Counted from the first letter of the whole stretch, positions 50,898-63,558 are shown. The stretch: DNA of 63,685 bases, filler included, from Octopus bimaculoides (GCF_001194135.2; 5 parts of 5 records of this genome joined end to end with filler, not necessarily neighbours in it), one strand, 5' to 3'. The notes: generated from the letters alone by a model not told the origin. Numbers and translations are program-made.

Positions 50898-51173
50898 AAA
50901 AAACACAATTATTTCATTCATCCATGAAAATCCACAATCACTTATAGAAAAATTTAATAAGTAAAAACACTAAAAAGACCTATAATAAAAATCAAGAAAG
51001 TACAAAGTAATAAATATAAAGTAATAAATATTAACTATTTTACTATTTTAATATTTATTACTTTGTACTTTTTTTATTTTTATTATAGGTCCTTTTAGTG
51101 TATTTACTTATTAAATTTTTCTATATGTGACCGTGGATTTTCATGGATGAATTAAATAATTGTGTTTTTTTTT
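50898..51173. repeat. AT-rich near-perfect palindrome (~275 bp) flanked by N gaps
   Basis: Left arm aaaacacaattatttcattcatccatgaaaatccac...gtacaaagtaataaata mirrors right arm tatttattactttgtac...gtggattttcatggatgaattaaataattgtgtttt. Confidence 0.85.
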
Positions 51174-52186
51174 NNNNNNNNNNNNNNNNNNNNNNNNNNN
51201 NNNNNNNNNNNNNNNNNNNNNNNNNNNNNNNNNNNNNNNNNNNNNNNNNNNNNNNNNNNNNNNNNNNNNNNNNNNNNNNNNNNNNNNNNNNNNNNNNNNN
51301 NNNNNNNNNNNNNNNNNNNNNNNNNNNNNNNNNNNNNNNNNNNNNNNNNNNNNNNNNNNNNNNNNNNNNNNNNNNNNNNNNNNNNNNNNNNNNNNNNNNN
51401 NNNNNNNNNNNNNNNNNNNNNNNNNNNNNNNNNNNNNNNNNNNNNNNNNNNNNNNNNNNNNNNNNNNNNNNNNNNNNNNNNNNNNNNNNNNNNNNNNNNN
51501 NNNNNNNNNNNNNNNNNNNNNNNNNNNNNNNNNNNNNNNNNNNNNNNNNNNNNNNNNNNNNNNNNNNNNNNNNNNNNNNNNNNNNNNNNNNNNNNNNNNN
51601 NNNNNNNNNNNNNNNNNNNNNNNNNNNNNNNNNNNNNNNNNNNNNNNNNNNNNNNNNNNNNNNNNNNNNNNNNNNNNNNNNNNNNNNNNNNNNNNNNNNN
51701 NNNNNNNNNNNNNNNNNNNNNNNNNNNNNNNNNNNNNNNNNNNNNNNNNNNNNNNNNNNNNNNNNNNNNNNNNNNNNNNNNNNNNNNNNNNNNNNNNNNN
51801 NNNNNNNNNNNNNNNNNNNNNNNNNNNNNNNNNNNNNNNNNNNNNNNNNNNNNNNNNNNNNNNNNNNNNNNNNNNNNNNNNNNNNNNNNNNNNNNNNNNN
51901 NNNNNNNNNNNNNNNNNNNNNNNNNNNNNNNNNNNNNNNNNNNNNNNNNNNNNNNNNNNNNNNNNNNNNNNNNNNNNNNNNNNNNNNNNNNNNNNNNNNN
52001 NNNNNNNNNNNNAATTGAATATTAATTTAATTAACATCAATTTGTTTTGCCCGCTTATGTTCTGGTGTTTGCTGAATTTTTTTCTGGAGAACATTCTTTT
52101 CTTTGTGGTTAGATCATAGATGATCTTTTTCTAGCATATTGGATGTCCACTTATTGGTCATCCCTTCTTATAAGCATGTAGATAGT

Positions 52187-52245
<59 letters not shown>

Positions 52246-52426
52246 GTAGGTAGGTAGGTAGGTAGGTAGGTAGGTATGTAGGTAGGTAGGCAGGTAGGTA
52301 GGTATGTAGGTAGGTAGGCAGGTAGGTAGGTAGGTGGATGGATGGATAGATAGCTAGGTAGATAGAAGATAGATAGATTTTATATATATACATACATACA
52401 CACACACATGCATATATGTATATGTA

Positions 52427-52467
<41 letters not shown>

Positions 52468-53494
52468 GTATGTATGTATATGTGTGTGTGTGTGTGTATG
52501 TGCATATATATGTATGTATGCATGCATGCATGTACATATATAGTAGATTGTACACTCCTAATTCTGTATCATATTTTTTCAATTTCATGCTGCATCACAC
52601 TGAAATCCTATAAAGAGATGTTACTGCCAGTCAATACTAATCTACCAACTAGAATATTAACATGCTCTGACTTTGAGAATCCTACAGCACTCCTCTTGCT
52701 CCAATAAATCCTAATCAATCAATGCTCCAGTTCACCAATATTTAAGGAGAAAGTTACTATTTCTTCACACACTGTACTCATAGTATATAAACTGCAGTGT
52801 ACATTTCTTTTTATTTCTTTATTCTTGAGTTTTTAAAAATAGTTTATTTAGCTGAGAGCACAGCTCATCTAACTTCTCGTTGCAATTTATTCCTGTTAAC
52901 ACATATTGGTGTATATGGAAACAGCAGTATAAAATATGATAAATTATATAACTCCACACACATACACAGACAGACACACACACACACACATACACAGACA
53001 CAAACACACACATATGCATAAGTACATACAAAAGCACTTTAGTGTTTCTTTTTATCTCTCTTTTTCCTGCTGGCCTGATTGAAATGGTTTCTTAAATCTA
53101 GCTATTTGTATACACCGTTCCAACACTACGCATTCAACTATGAAATGAAACTTGTATCAATTTTTATCAATATACAAATAAAGACACATAGACTAAACTG
53201 ACATACCTTTATCTAAACTTCCAGGATTTGAACATAGAACCTCCCAGCTGGAAGTCACCATTTCTGTCCAACTATTCTTTTTTTTTTTTCTCACTTCAGT
53301 CCAGAAGGAAGGGGCAGCCCACATACCCCTTTATAGCATCAGGATCTTTAAGACTATTGAAAGGGAGCGAGGGAAGTCTCACTAAGACTAGAGATCTGGC
53401 CTGAATGCTTGCAACAGTACGGACACTACTAGAAAAAAGGTAAAGACCCCATTCAGTCATAAATGACCATGGGATTGCCCCTAGAAAGTTTCCC

Positions 53495-53770
53495 TCCAGG
53501 GCACAAGTATGAGCAAGGTTGTTTATGGAAGACCAGCAGTTGTCCATGCATATCAGCCTCCATTCTCCATGCCTCTAATGTTATTCGAGGGAAAGGCAAA
53601 GGCCAATACAGCTTGGCACCAGTAACATCATGACTCATTTCTACAGCTGAGTGAACTGGAGCAACATGAAATAAAGTGTCTTGCTCAAGAACACAACACA
53701 CAGCCTGGTCCAGAAATCAAACTCACTACTTCACGATTGTGAGCCTGATGCTCTAACCACTGAACCATGT
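53495..53770 (-). mobile_element. CORE-like tRNA SINE
   Basis: Reverse complement has ...tgtgttcttgagcaagacactttatttcatgttgctccagttcactcagctgtagaaatgag... Confidence 0.8.
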
Positions 53771-54389
53771 ACCTTCTACTAAAAGTGCCCAATATGCTAG
53801 ATAGTGATGATGTTAAACTGAGCAATGAATTTGAAGATGTAGCCGGGTTAGAAGTCAGCATTTCTGTCCACCTAATTTCCTTCCTTTTTTTGTTCCTACA
53901 GTTCAGTCCAGAAGGAAGGGGCAGCTCACATGACCTTTTATAGTTTGAGATTAGTGGAAGGGAGTGAGGGAAGAAGTTGTCCTAAGATCAATTCTGAATG
54001 TTTGCAACATCATCAACTATACTAAAGGTACCCAAGATGCTAGATCATGGTTTCTCAACCATTTTTTTAAATCAGAGGACCTCTTTGATTACTATTTTAT
54101 TCTGGTGGACCCCCCCCCCCCACAACTATTCAATGTTCAAAAACTAGTTTTATAGAAACTTCTTTCAAAATTCCATTTTTTTCCCCCACATATTGATTTG
54201 TGTAGGTTGAACTATGGAAAATGCTAGAGAAAGAAACCTAGCTGTTTCTTGCAATACATACCAATGCATACATGTAAAGCAAAACATTTAAGGCAACCAA
54301 CATTTTCCAATTTTTTCAAAGCAAAATATCGTTATATTTCAGGTCCAAGCATTGCAATGCTAGGAAACACAATTATGACACTACTACAT

Positions 54390-55550
54390 TTGTTCAATAT
54401 GACCACCTCTGTTTCGAATCATAGCCTTAAGTATAGATGCAAATGCTTTACAGACAGCATGCAGCTGTTCTTGCAAAATCTAAGACAATTCCTGGCACAG
54501 TTTTGCCTTTAGAGCATCAAGTAAAGCATGAGGAGTGCTGGAGACCCTCGTCTCCAAAATGGACCAAACAGAAAAATCCAATGGGTTGAGATTGAGGCTT
54601 CTTGAGGGCCATACATCCTTGCCTGTGAATGACAGAATGTTTTTCTGAATCCAGTGTTGTGCTTGTTTGGAGCTGTGAGATGATGCCAAATCCTGTTGGA
54701 GGTTCCAAGGTGCACCTTCAAAGTGCTCATTTGCCCATGGAAGCAGTTCAGCTTCCAGAATCTCACTAATGTATTGCTGGGTGTTAATTTTAACACCTGA
54801 AGGCACAAAAACAAGGGTAGATCTTCCAGTGGCTGTCACAGCTGCCCAAACAAATAACTGACTGTGGATTTTTGAAATTTATTTACGAGTCTACCCCCGA
54901 CAGAGCCTTTTACACACCAAAGTTGGTAATTCTCATGGTTTACTGACTGTCTAATGTGAAATTTCTCTTCATCAGTGAATACCAGGATCGACAGCATGCC
55001 TTCAACAATCTGATACAGGATAAGACAACTTCTCTTCAGTTTCATTGCCTTATAAACTTGCATGAGCTCATGACAACGGGTCATCTTGTAGGGGTGGGTC
55101 CTGAGATCCTCCTTCAACACTCTATACATCGATGTTCAGTTTAATTTTACTGTGGCAGCCAGTTTTCTGATGGAATGATGAGAATTTCACCATATCTTTT
55201 CTCTGATACTTTTGATAAGCTGAGGGGTCCACACACTTCTTTTTCAGTTACATCTGGGTGAATCAGCAGTGGAACTAGTCTCTTTAAATTTCTTGACAAT
55301 TTTCCAGACTGTTGTTCAGTTGATTTTAATCTTTTCTGCTGTAGCTGTATTAATTTTGCTTCCTTTGTGGAGGGTTATGATTGCATTTCAGTCTATAGCC
55401 ATTATCTAATTTATAAATCTGAATTTATTTAGTCTGAAACAAAAAGAAGATACACTAAGCTTTTATAACAATGTATAAATTTCATCTTATCACATTTATT
55501 GATAGTTATTAAATCCTGAAACTTCAATTGCCTTAATTTCAGGACATCTT
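54390..55550 (-). mobile_element. maT/DD37D Tc1-mariner transposon relic, nearly full length
   Basis: VLKEDLRTHPYKMTR...LVFTDEEKF...GRSTLVFVPSGVKINTQQYISEILE...QQDLASSH(x)n WPSRSLNLNPLDFSVWSILE, with 37 residues between the second and third Asp. TIR-like ...caagatgtcctgaaattaaggcaa at the 5' end. Confidence 0.85.
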
Positions 55551-56500
55551 GAATATATATTATTGTGTGTATGTATGTCATCATCATCATCATCATCATC
55601 ATCGTTTAATGTCCACTTAGAAGTATGAACGTTGCCTAAATGAAGATTGGCTACAGGCAGCATTGGATACACCATTAAACAAAATAAGCACATGCTAAGG
55701 GCATCAAGGCAAGGTGAGGGGCACCACAGAAATGGTAAATGGTTTACATAACAAAAGAAATCATTTTAAATTTGCTAAAATATTCAGGATGCTTTATTTC
55801 TTCCAAGTATGGAAGTAGATGTGTTACGTAAGATTAATTTTGAGAATCTGATCAAAGACTTTGTTATTAAAAAATAGGAGAAAATCTTTCAAATATAAAT
55901 AAAGTTGGAGCATGCAAAATTAAATGTTGTTTACCATCTTACTGTTAGTTTTGTTTCATTTTTGAAAAATGAAACTATTTTATGGTTTATTACTGTTTTT
56001 ATTTTGAATTACATATACATGGAGGCACTAAAATCTTTTATGTGCTGAGGGCGCCCATGGGTTTTAATCCAGCCCTGGCTATAAGCAATGTACTGATTGA
56101 GTTTGTATGTGTATAAGAGAAGAAAAGCATAAACAGGTAGACAACAGAAGGTCAGGACTTCCAACAATAGAAACATACTCCAGTATGTATTTGTTTTCCT
56201 CAATATGTTTCGCTGGTATAAAAGTAACACACTTAGTCACATTAACAAAGGGATGTGGGTTCGACTCGACCGTGGATAGAAAAGCCTTCTTTTTTCTGTT
56301 GAGGGCTTATATGCCCCCTTTATTAGACTATTTTCTTTAGTCATTGCACAATGATTGCCATAAGCTTTAAGCTTATATAAAAATACCATTATTATTATTT
56401 ACAGGTTTGTAAAAACAGCACCATATAAAAAAACCATTCACACCAAAATAATATATATGACATGATACCTGTTGTCAGCCTGTTTATGCTTTTGTTCTAT

Positions 56501-56542
<42 letters not shown>

Positions 56543-56543
<1 letters not shown>

Positions 56544-56830
56544 GACGCATGGCCCAGTGGTTAAAAGTGTTGCACTCATGATTGTGAGATCGTGGTTTCA
56601 ATTCCTAGACCAGGTGGTGTGTTATGTTCTTGAGCGAAACACTTCATCTCATGTCACTTCTGAACAGATGTATGATAGATCATGCTTCTGTTCAGACAAT
56701 ATTGATTTGAGGGAGAGAGCGAGCTAATAAACAACAGATCACTGTAAATAAATCATTTGTGCAGGCTGTTCAGTAGAAGATGAACACTCATACATTGTCT
56801 TCAACAGTAGAGTCCATCACAGACAAGTAA
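56543..56830 (+). mobile_element. tRNA-derived SINE
   Basis: tggcccagtggtt (A box), gtttcaattcc (B-box-like), cttgagcgaaacactt, and the tail gcaggctgttc. Confidence 0.75.
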
Positions 56831-56920
56831 TTAGAAGAACATTTGAAATTAAATTAAGACTAGCAGTATATTTATTGAAATTTTTAGAGTACATAACACC
56901 TTTTCAACATGGTTGATGAT

Positions 56921-57170
56921 GATGCCAGTGCCTGCTGACTGGCTCCTGAGCTGGTGACATGTGAGAGGCACCATCTGAACATAGTTGATACTAGTGACCT
57001 CTGACTGGCTCCTGTGCTGGTAGCATGTAAGAGGCACCATCCAAACGTGGTCGATGTCAGTGCTCCCTGACTTGCTCCTGTACTGGGGGCACGTAAGAGG
57101 CGCCATCTGAACGTGGTTGATTCCAGTGCCCCCTGACTGGCTCCCATGTGGAGACATGTAAAAAGCACCC
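56921..57170 (+). repeat. 66-bp tandem array (~4 units) belonging to an RTE 3' UTR
   Basis: Unit starts at 56921, 56987, 57053 and 57119 (gatgccagtg/gatactagtg/gatgtcagtg/gattccagtg), followed by the RTE tail. Confidence 0.9.
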
Positions 57171-57702
57171 ACTACACTCTTGGAGTAGTTGGCGTTAGTA
57201 AGGGCATCCAGCTGTAGAAACCTTGCTAGATCAGATTGGAGCCTGGTGCAGCCTACTCATTCACCAGTCCTCAGTCAAACTGTCCAACCCATACCAGCAT
57301 GTAAAGCGGACGTTAAACAATGATGATGATAACATGATGCTGAATTACTGAAAAGTTCTTACAAATACATTTCTAACTTTTACAGTTATGGATACTTTTA
57401 TGCTTGTAACTTTGTTTTCATTACAGAATAAGTTCAGGTGCTGGAAGAATTAATTGGCTTAAGGTAGACATATGCCATACCTCAGAGTTAATTAGCAGTN
57501 NNNNNNNNNNNNNNNNNNNNNNNNNNNNAGTGCTCCCTGACTTGCTCCTGTACTCCTCATCCCCCTTCTTCTCCTCCTCCTCTTCATCACCCTTCTCCTC
57601 ACCCCTTCTTCTCCTCCTCTTCCTCCTCCTCCTCCTCCTCATCACCATCATCATCGTCATTGTATCATCATTGTCATTGTATCATCGTTGTCATCATCAT
57701 CG

Positions 57703-57741
<39 letters not shown>

Positions 57742-58069
57742 CCATCATCATCACCATCATCATCATCATCATCATCATTAACCTCCTCCTCTTCCTGCTC
57801 ATCGTCGTCGTCATCGTCATCATTATTATTGTTGTCATCGTCATCATCATCGTCGTCGTCATCGTCGTCGCTCTATTGCTCAGATACTGAGAAGCCAGAA
57901 AAACAAACACTTGTGCATATATGCATACATACACATGCACGCATACAAGCAAACACACATATCTACACACGCGCACACGCACACGCACACGCACACACAC
58001 ATGTATATACCTGTCTTTTATCTTTTACTTCTTTCAATCATTGGACTGTGGCCATGCAGGGGCACTGCC

Positions 58070-58530
58070 TTGAACTGAATCACAACTAATCTGCACATCC
58101 TCTGATAACTCACAGATAGTGATTCGATGATTTCCACTTACAGCTACACGCACGTCTGTGATGTTTTTCTCAGTTCTGTTGGTTTCAGGTCTCCCAGAAC
58201 GTTTGTCACCATCGACATTTTTTCTGCCACCTTGGAAACGTCTGAACCACTCATACACTTGTGTGCAGCTCATACACTGCTCTCCATACATTTTCTGCAA
58301 CTTTGCGTAGGCTTCTGAGCAGGTATCACCATGACAACTTTCTCTGTCATGGTCAATGCGACAATCACACCCTACACACGTTCCTTCCAAGCACTGCTTT
58401 GGACAGTGGAAGTGAGCTAGAACATCAAAACTTAATGTGAATGCACAGCAGAATACAAGGTCAATCTACATCGAACAGCTTCACTCTGTGTGCTTTAGCT
58501 TCGTTATTATGGCAATAGTCTGGATACTTA
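58070..58530 (-). mobile_element. mariner 5' fragment (TIR-like end plus HTH)
   Basis: SEAYAKLQKMYGEQCMSCTQVYEWFRRFQGGRKNVDGDKRSGRP...RITICELSEDV. The 5' end is tataagtatccagactattgcc. Confidence 0.85.
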
Positions 58531-58553
58531 TATATATATGATGGGCTTGTGTG

Positions 58554-58602
<49 letters not shown>

Positions 58603-59317
58603 CCTTGTCTTGACATCACACAATTTCAAGACATAAACAAGCATCATCATCACATTATCATACAAGTGGTGCCATTCCTTTCCAGTCTTCGTTGAAAACA
58701 TATCCTGACATGGGCATATATTCCCTTGTTTGGAAATGGATGACAGTTGGTGACAAGAAGACCATAGAAAATTCTGCCTCAGTGAATTCTGTGTGATCCA
58801 TGCATGCATGGAAAATTAGATGCTATAACAACCACAAAAAGGACAGCCGTGATGATGATGATGATGGTGATGACTGAGCAGTGCTAGCCATAATCTATAC
58901 ACTTCTTATGTATCCATCTTTCTCATTTCCTATCAGATTACCAAGTGTTAGATATTATGAAGCATTTTCTCTTGGTCAACAAATTCAAAGTAAATTTAAT
59001 AATTCTATTTCAAATACTTCTTTTGAAACTGCATTATGACAGATTTCTTATCTTTACTGTCCAGAAATATTATCTATTCTCTAAATAACAATAGGAAAGT
59101 GTTGGTTAGTTAAGATGGTTGGCACCAGTCTCAACGTCTTCTTACACCAATAATAGTAAAAGACATAGAGAAATTTCTGTATTTATTCTAGAAGGCCCTA
59201 CCTATATTAAGGATGGATGGGCTGGGGAAGTATTATCTACTACATGTGGCGCTACTATATCCTAAATCTCTGTCTTCAGTATTATCATCATAATCGTCAT
59301 TCACATCATAGTTATTT

Positions 59318-59359
<42 letters not shown>

Positions 59360-59879
59360 GTTGTCGTCGTCGTCGTCGTCGTCGTCGTTTAACGTCCACT
59401 TTCCATGCTAGCATGGGTTTGACGATTTGACTGAGGACTGGTGAACCAGATGGCTGCACCAGGCTCCAATCCGATCTGGCACAGTTTCTACAGCTGGATG
59501 CCCTTCCTAACGCCAACCACTTCGAGAGTGTAGTGGGTGCTTTTACGTGCCACCGGCACGAAGGCCAGTCAGGCAGTACTGGCAACGACCACACTCAAAA
59601 TGGTGTATTTTATGTGCCACCTGCACAGGAGCCAGTCCAGCGGCACTGGCAATGATCACCATTGTTCTAATACCCATTTTTCCATGTTTGCATGGGTCAG
59701 ACAGAATTCATTGAGGAAGGTTTCTGATGGCTGGATGCCTTTCCTGTCACTGACTGAAACCTGTTTCCAAGCAAGATAGTATTTCCTCACAGTCAAACAT
59801 GCTTTACACAGAAGATTCAAAACAAAAGATCCTAATTTACCACCATCAAGTAATGTCAAGACAGGGACATACGCCCATG

Positions 59880-60060
59880 TATATATGGCAGGCTTCTTTC
59901 AGTTTCTATCCACCAAACTTGCTCACAAAGCCCTGGTCAGCTGGAATGCAGGTTAGCCCAGGGCTATAGCAAAAGGCACTTTCCCATCAATCTGCACGTT
60001 GAGATTAAACCTGAAACCACATGGTAGGCAAACAAGTTTCTTAACCATGCAGCTGCCCAC
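59880..60060 (-). mobile_element. tRNA-SINE 5' half
   Basis: ggcttctttcagtttctatccaccaaac...cctgaaaccacatggtaggcaaacaagtttcttaaccatgcagc. Confidence 0.7.
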
Positions 60061-60143
60061 ATCTCTTGTAACAGTGCTAATAATGAATAAATAACTATAT
60101 ACAGAATATACAAGTTTGTATCAAAACGTTCCTGGACTAGTTA

Positions 60144-60169
60144 TCTATATATATAAAAATGAGAATGTG

Positions 60170-60204
<35 letters not shown>

Positions 60205-60473
60205 GTGAATCCCTAAAACTCGAGAACTACGCAACCAATTTCATTCAAATTTTACAGATGCCTTACTTAGGGTTCCAGTTGTGTTTTAGTAAAAAAATAT
60301 TTTTAACTTCTTGCAGAGTTCGAGCCCACGGCAACATAAAATCTCCTCCACTATTTAAGTATTACGTGCCAAAAGTGAAACAAAAACACTCATGTCAAAT
60401 ACTTTCACTTTAAAATTGAAACTATTCCACTAACTGATACAATCACATTTCGATACTGTAATGACATACTTTC
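60144..60473 (+). mobile_element. Non-autonomous Helitron-like element, 5' end (truncated by gap)
   Basis: A|TCTATATATATAAAA, then a (GTCT)n microsatellite, then actacgcaaccaatttcattcaaattt. This architecture is seen in short non-autonomous Helitrons. Confidence 0.65.
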
Positions 60474-60573
60474 NNNNNNNNNNNNNNNNNNNNNNNNNNN
60501 NNNNNNNNNNNNNNNNNTTAATTAATTAANNNNNNNNNNNNNNNNNNNNNNNNNNNNNNNNNNNNNNNNNNNN

Positions 60574-60805
60574 GTTCCCTCAACGGCCCCAACAACCAGT
60601 TTAAGACCCACACCAGTTCCCTCGACAGCCCCAACAACCAGCGCAAGTACTCCACAATCATTGCCTTCTGTCAGTGAAATTACTTATGGCACAACTTTCT
60701 CATCGTCAACTGCTTCACAATTTACTCTGGGAAGTTCATACAGTGCATCACCTTTTGTCACACGTATTCCTAGGACTTCGGCACCAGTCTCTTCTACCTA
60801 TAAAG
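60574..60805 (+). CDS. 3' part of a Pro/Thr/Ser-rich (mucin-like) exon with a 42-bp/14-aa repeat
   Basis: Open frame VPSTAPTTSLRPTP VPSTAPTTSASTPQSLPSVSEITYGTTFSSSTASQFTLGSSYSASPFVTRIPRTSAPVSSTYK-G ending at donor AAG|GTAATT (phase 1). The 5' part is lost in the gap. Confidence 0.7.
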
Positions 60806-61199
60806 GTAATTTTGGTTACATTCAATATTTTAAATTTAGGATTACATCCTATCAACTATATACCTTTTTTCTTTTTTCTTGTCTTGAGGATGTGCTTTGA
60901 GCAAAATCATTAATCTATTTCATTTGTGAATCACGCAATTTTATTTCTTTATATAAACCAAAATACTTTAAATTTGTTAACTGCCATATAAGTGAAATAT
61001 CCTATTTGCAGTTACTAACGGACTTATGTTGTTCTGTAATCTTCGTAGAAAGTGTGAAACGTGATATAAGAACAAATACCGACCTTCACCTCCCACTGGA
61101 CATTTGTTCCCTTTAAAAGCGAGAAATATTTCAGCAGGAAGCATTTCTTGCTACGTTCTGTCGATTCTGTCAACCCACCACTTTTTAACATAGACAAAA

Positions 61200-61330
61200 G
61201 ATCTGAAATTTAGGGGAAAGGGTTCGCCGGTTAAATCGAAGCTTTACGTACTGGTACTTTATTTAATCGACCTCGATGTATGAAAGGTCAAGTTAAATTC
61301 AGTAGGGTTTAAACGTAGAATGTAAAGAAC
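61200..61330 (-). mobile_element. Deu/Nin-like SINE (degenerate)
   Basis: ttaaatcgaag...tactggtacttt atttaatcgacctcga..atgaaaggtcaagtt. Confidence 0.6.
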
Positions 61331-61896
61331 AGTCTCGTTTTGAACTGTAAGGCAAGACATTTTGGTCGATGCTCAAACAAGTCTACCATAAATTTATGAT
61401 ACAGCAACAAAGCCACAACGCTGAGGCAGCAAAATAGCTGTGGGTGACAAGGAGGCTGCCCGTCCCGGGTGATGCTTTACTGGAGGGCAGCATTTTGGGT
61501 TCTGCTGTATAACATCCTGCCCCGGCTGACATACTCTAGCTACACCAATGCAGTGGGGTAAGGACTAATCAACTGCATTCACCGCAGTACATGAACGGGG
61601 CTTTACTCTTAGTTGGGTCGAACTAAAGTTATGTAGCCCTGAGACAAACATCTTTAGATACTTGTTCCGGCTGTTTGCGAAATGGGTTCAATTCATGCCA
61701 AGGCCAACATTGGGTGTTGATGATATAAAATACCAATCAAGTACAGAAGGTGAATTTAATCGATTAACATCTTGCCCTAAATTTATAATTATTTTCATTT
61801 ATAAGGCTGTAAGAACAGTATCAAGCTCATCCAATCAACAACATTATCTTGACAATCATGAGAAAGAATACAGAAACGTTAAAATTAGTAGAAAAG

Positions 61897-61947
<51 letters not shown>

Positions 61948-62219
61948 CACACACACATACAATGAGCAATTACCAAGATACACGTATGTATGTATGTATG
62001 TCTTATATTTTTAATTGTCTAAATTCTTCCTTTGAAGAAGCAGTTGATTTCTAACATACATACAAAGCTCCATCATTGGAATGTAAATAACGAAAACAAT
62101 GTCATATTTTAAGCTTGAGAAAAGTCTTGTATATTTTTACCGTTCCGCTTACAACTTGTATTTTCAATGTGCGAGTAACTTGGTTGATTTCTTTTCCTGA
62201 AAATCCAAGCTTATCCAGA

Positions 62220-62425
62220 CTGGCACTTAGTCTCATATGCTCACAAAACCGAGCGCACCAATCGGCATTTCACCCGATTTTACGTTGTGAGTTCAAATTC
62301 CACCGAGGTCAACTTTGCCTTTCATCCATTCTGGGTCGATAAAACAAATGCCAGTTGAGTACTGGGATCGATGTAATCGACTTTCCTCCCCCCACAAATT
62401 TCAGGCTTTGTGTCTTTAATTGAAA
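62220..62425 (+). mobile_element. Deu/Nin-like SINE
   Basis: gagttcaaattccaccgaggtcaactttgcctttcatccattctgggtcgataaaacaaatgccagttgagtactgggatcgatg. Confidence 0.8.
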
Positions 62426-62710
62426 GGACAGCTAACCTTGTGATTGCATATACTGTATGTCCGAAACAATATCCGGCCTGTTACGCTTATACTCGCCAGA
62501 TGTTTTGATAGGTGCGTGCGTGCGTGTGTGTGGGGGGGGGGTGTCAGGAGTAAAGTGGCGAGGTGAGAGTTGCTGAGGAGGCAGCTGTCGTTATTGGTGC
62601 CTTTTCCTAGAACACATTTCAATGATATAATACCGCACGCACACACATAGGTCGGGCGGATCTTTGGTTTAACTAAACAAATAGTATAGTTTTCACCGTT
62701 ATCATTCGCA

Positions 62711-62753
<43 letters not shown>

Positions 62754-62809
62754 TCTCAATTTATTGAATCTCTCTCACCGCGTGCGCGTTCCTGTGTGTT
62801 TGTAGGTGT

Positions 62810-62970
62810 AGACATGGCTCTGTGATTAACAGGTTCCCTTCCCAATCAAGCGGTTTTAAGTTCAGTCTCACTGTGTTGCACTTTGGTGCGAGGGTCTTCC
62901 ACTATTGTCCCAGACTGACCAAAGCTTTGTAAGTGGATTTGGCAGACAGAAACTGAGAGAAGGCTGACGC
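62810..62970 (+). mobile_element. tRNA-SINE 5' half
   Basis: gacatggctctgtg...aagttcagtctcactgtg...ggatttggcagacagaaactga. Confidence 0.7.
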
Positions 62971-63558
62971 GCGCATGCGTGTGTATGTGATAGATAGATA
63001 GATAGATATCTTTTTATTATAGCCACACAGGACTAAATACAGAAAGTGAACAAAATACAATGTAGAGCTTTCTTTTGGGGGACAAAAAAAAGGGGGGTAG
63101 AATTTCGATCAAAAGGGATCGTTAAAAAAAACATGGGGAAAGCCGATCAATAGGGATCGTGTAGCTAGCTAGATAGATAGATAGATAGCCAGACACATAG
63201 ATAGACAGACAGACAGACACATAGACAGATAAGTAGACAGACAGACAGGTTAGTGTCGGTGTCTCCATGTCTTGACATATACAAGCAGTGTTCGTTTCCA
63301 CTGTCTGACCATGAGTAAATATCATCTTACCTTGAAACAGCTGACTCATGCAAGCAAAAAAGGAAGGAAAAAGTAGTCAGAAATTGGAGAAACACTAATC
63401 TTAATCTTCCAGTTCTTTCCATTCTCGTTTAATTTTTGTTTTTTCTAATTGTAGATTATGGTATATATCTGTACACCATTAAAGACACAGCATGTGTGTG
63501 TATGTGTGCGTGTGCGCGAGCGTGTGTGTATGTATGCATATATGTGTGTGCGCGTGTA

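Noticed and set aside
56765-56826. Phase-1 exon-like frame GCSVEDEHSYIVFNSRVHHRQ
   Set aside because: It coincides with a SINE 3' tail (gcaggctgttc) also seen at ~20227.
56921-57170. CRISPR-like periodic array
   Set aside because: The whole 66-bp unit is repeated with no unique spacers, the context is eukaryotic, and it is part of an RTE tail.
57529-57553. Exact 25-nt duplicate of 57059-57083 after a gap
   Set aside because: Most likely a gap-filling artefact from the 66-bp array.
50000-58530. The two mariner fragments as one element split by nested insertions
   Set aside because: They overlap in the HTH-to-WVP region with dissimilar sequence, so they are different copies or families.
63331-63344. 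Minus-strand 10/14-nt micro-exon (branch point CTGAC, pyrimidine tract, AAG|GTAAGA)
   Set aside because: It overlaps a degenerate dispersed repeat tail (ctgactcatgcaagca), and no partner exons can be linked.
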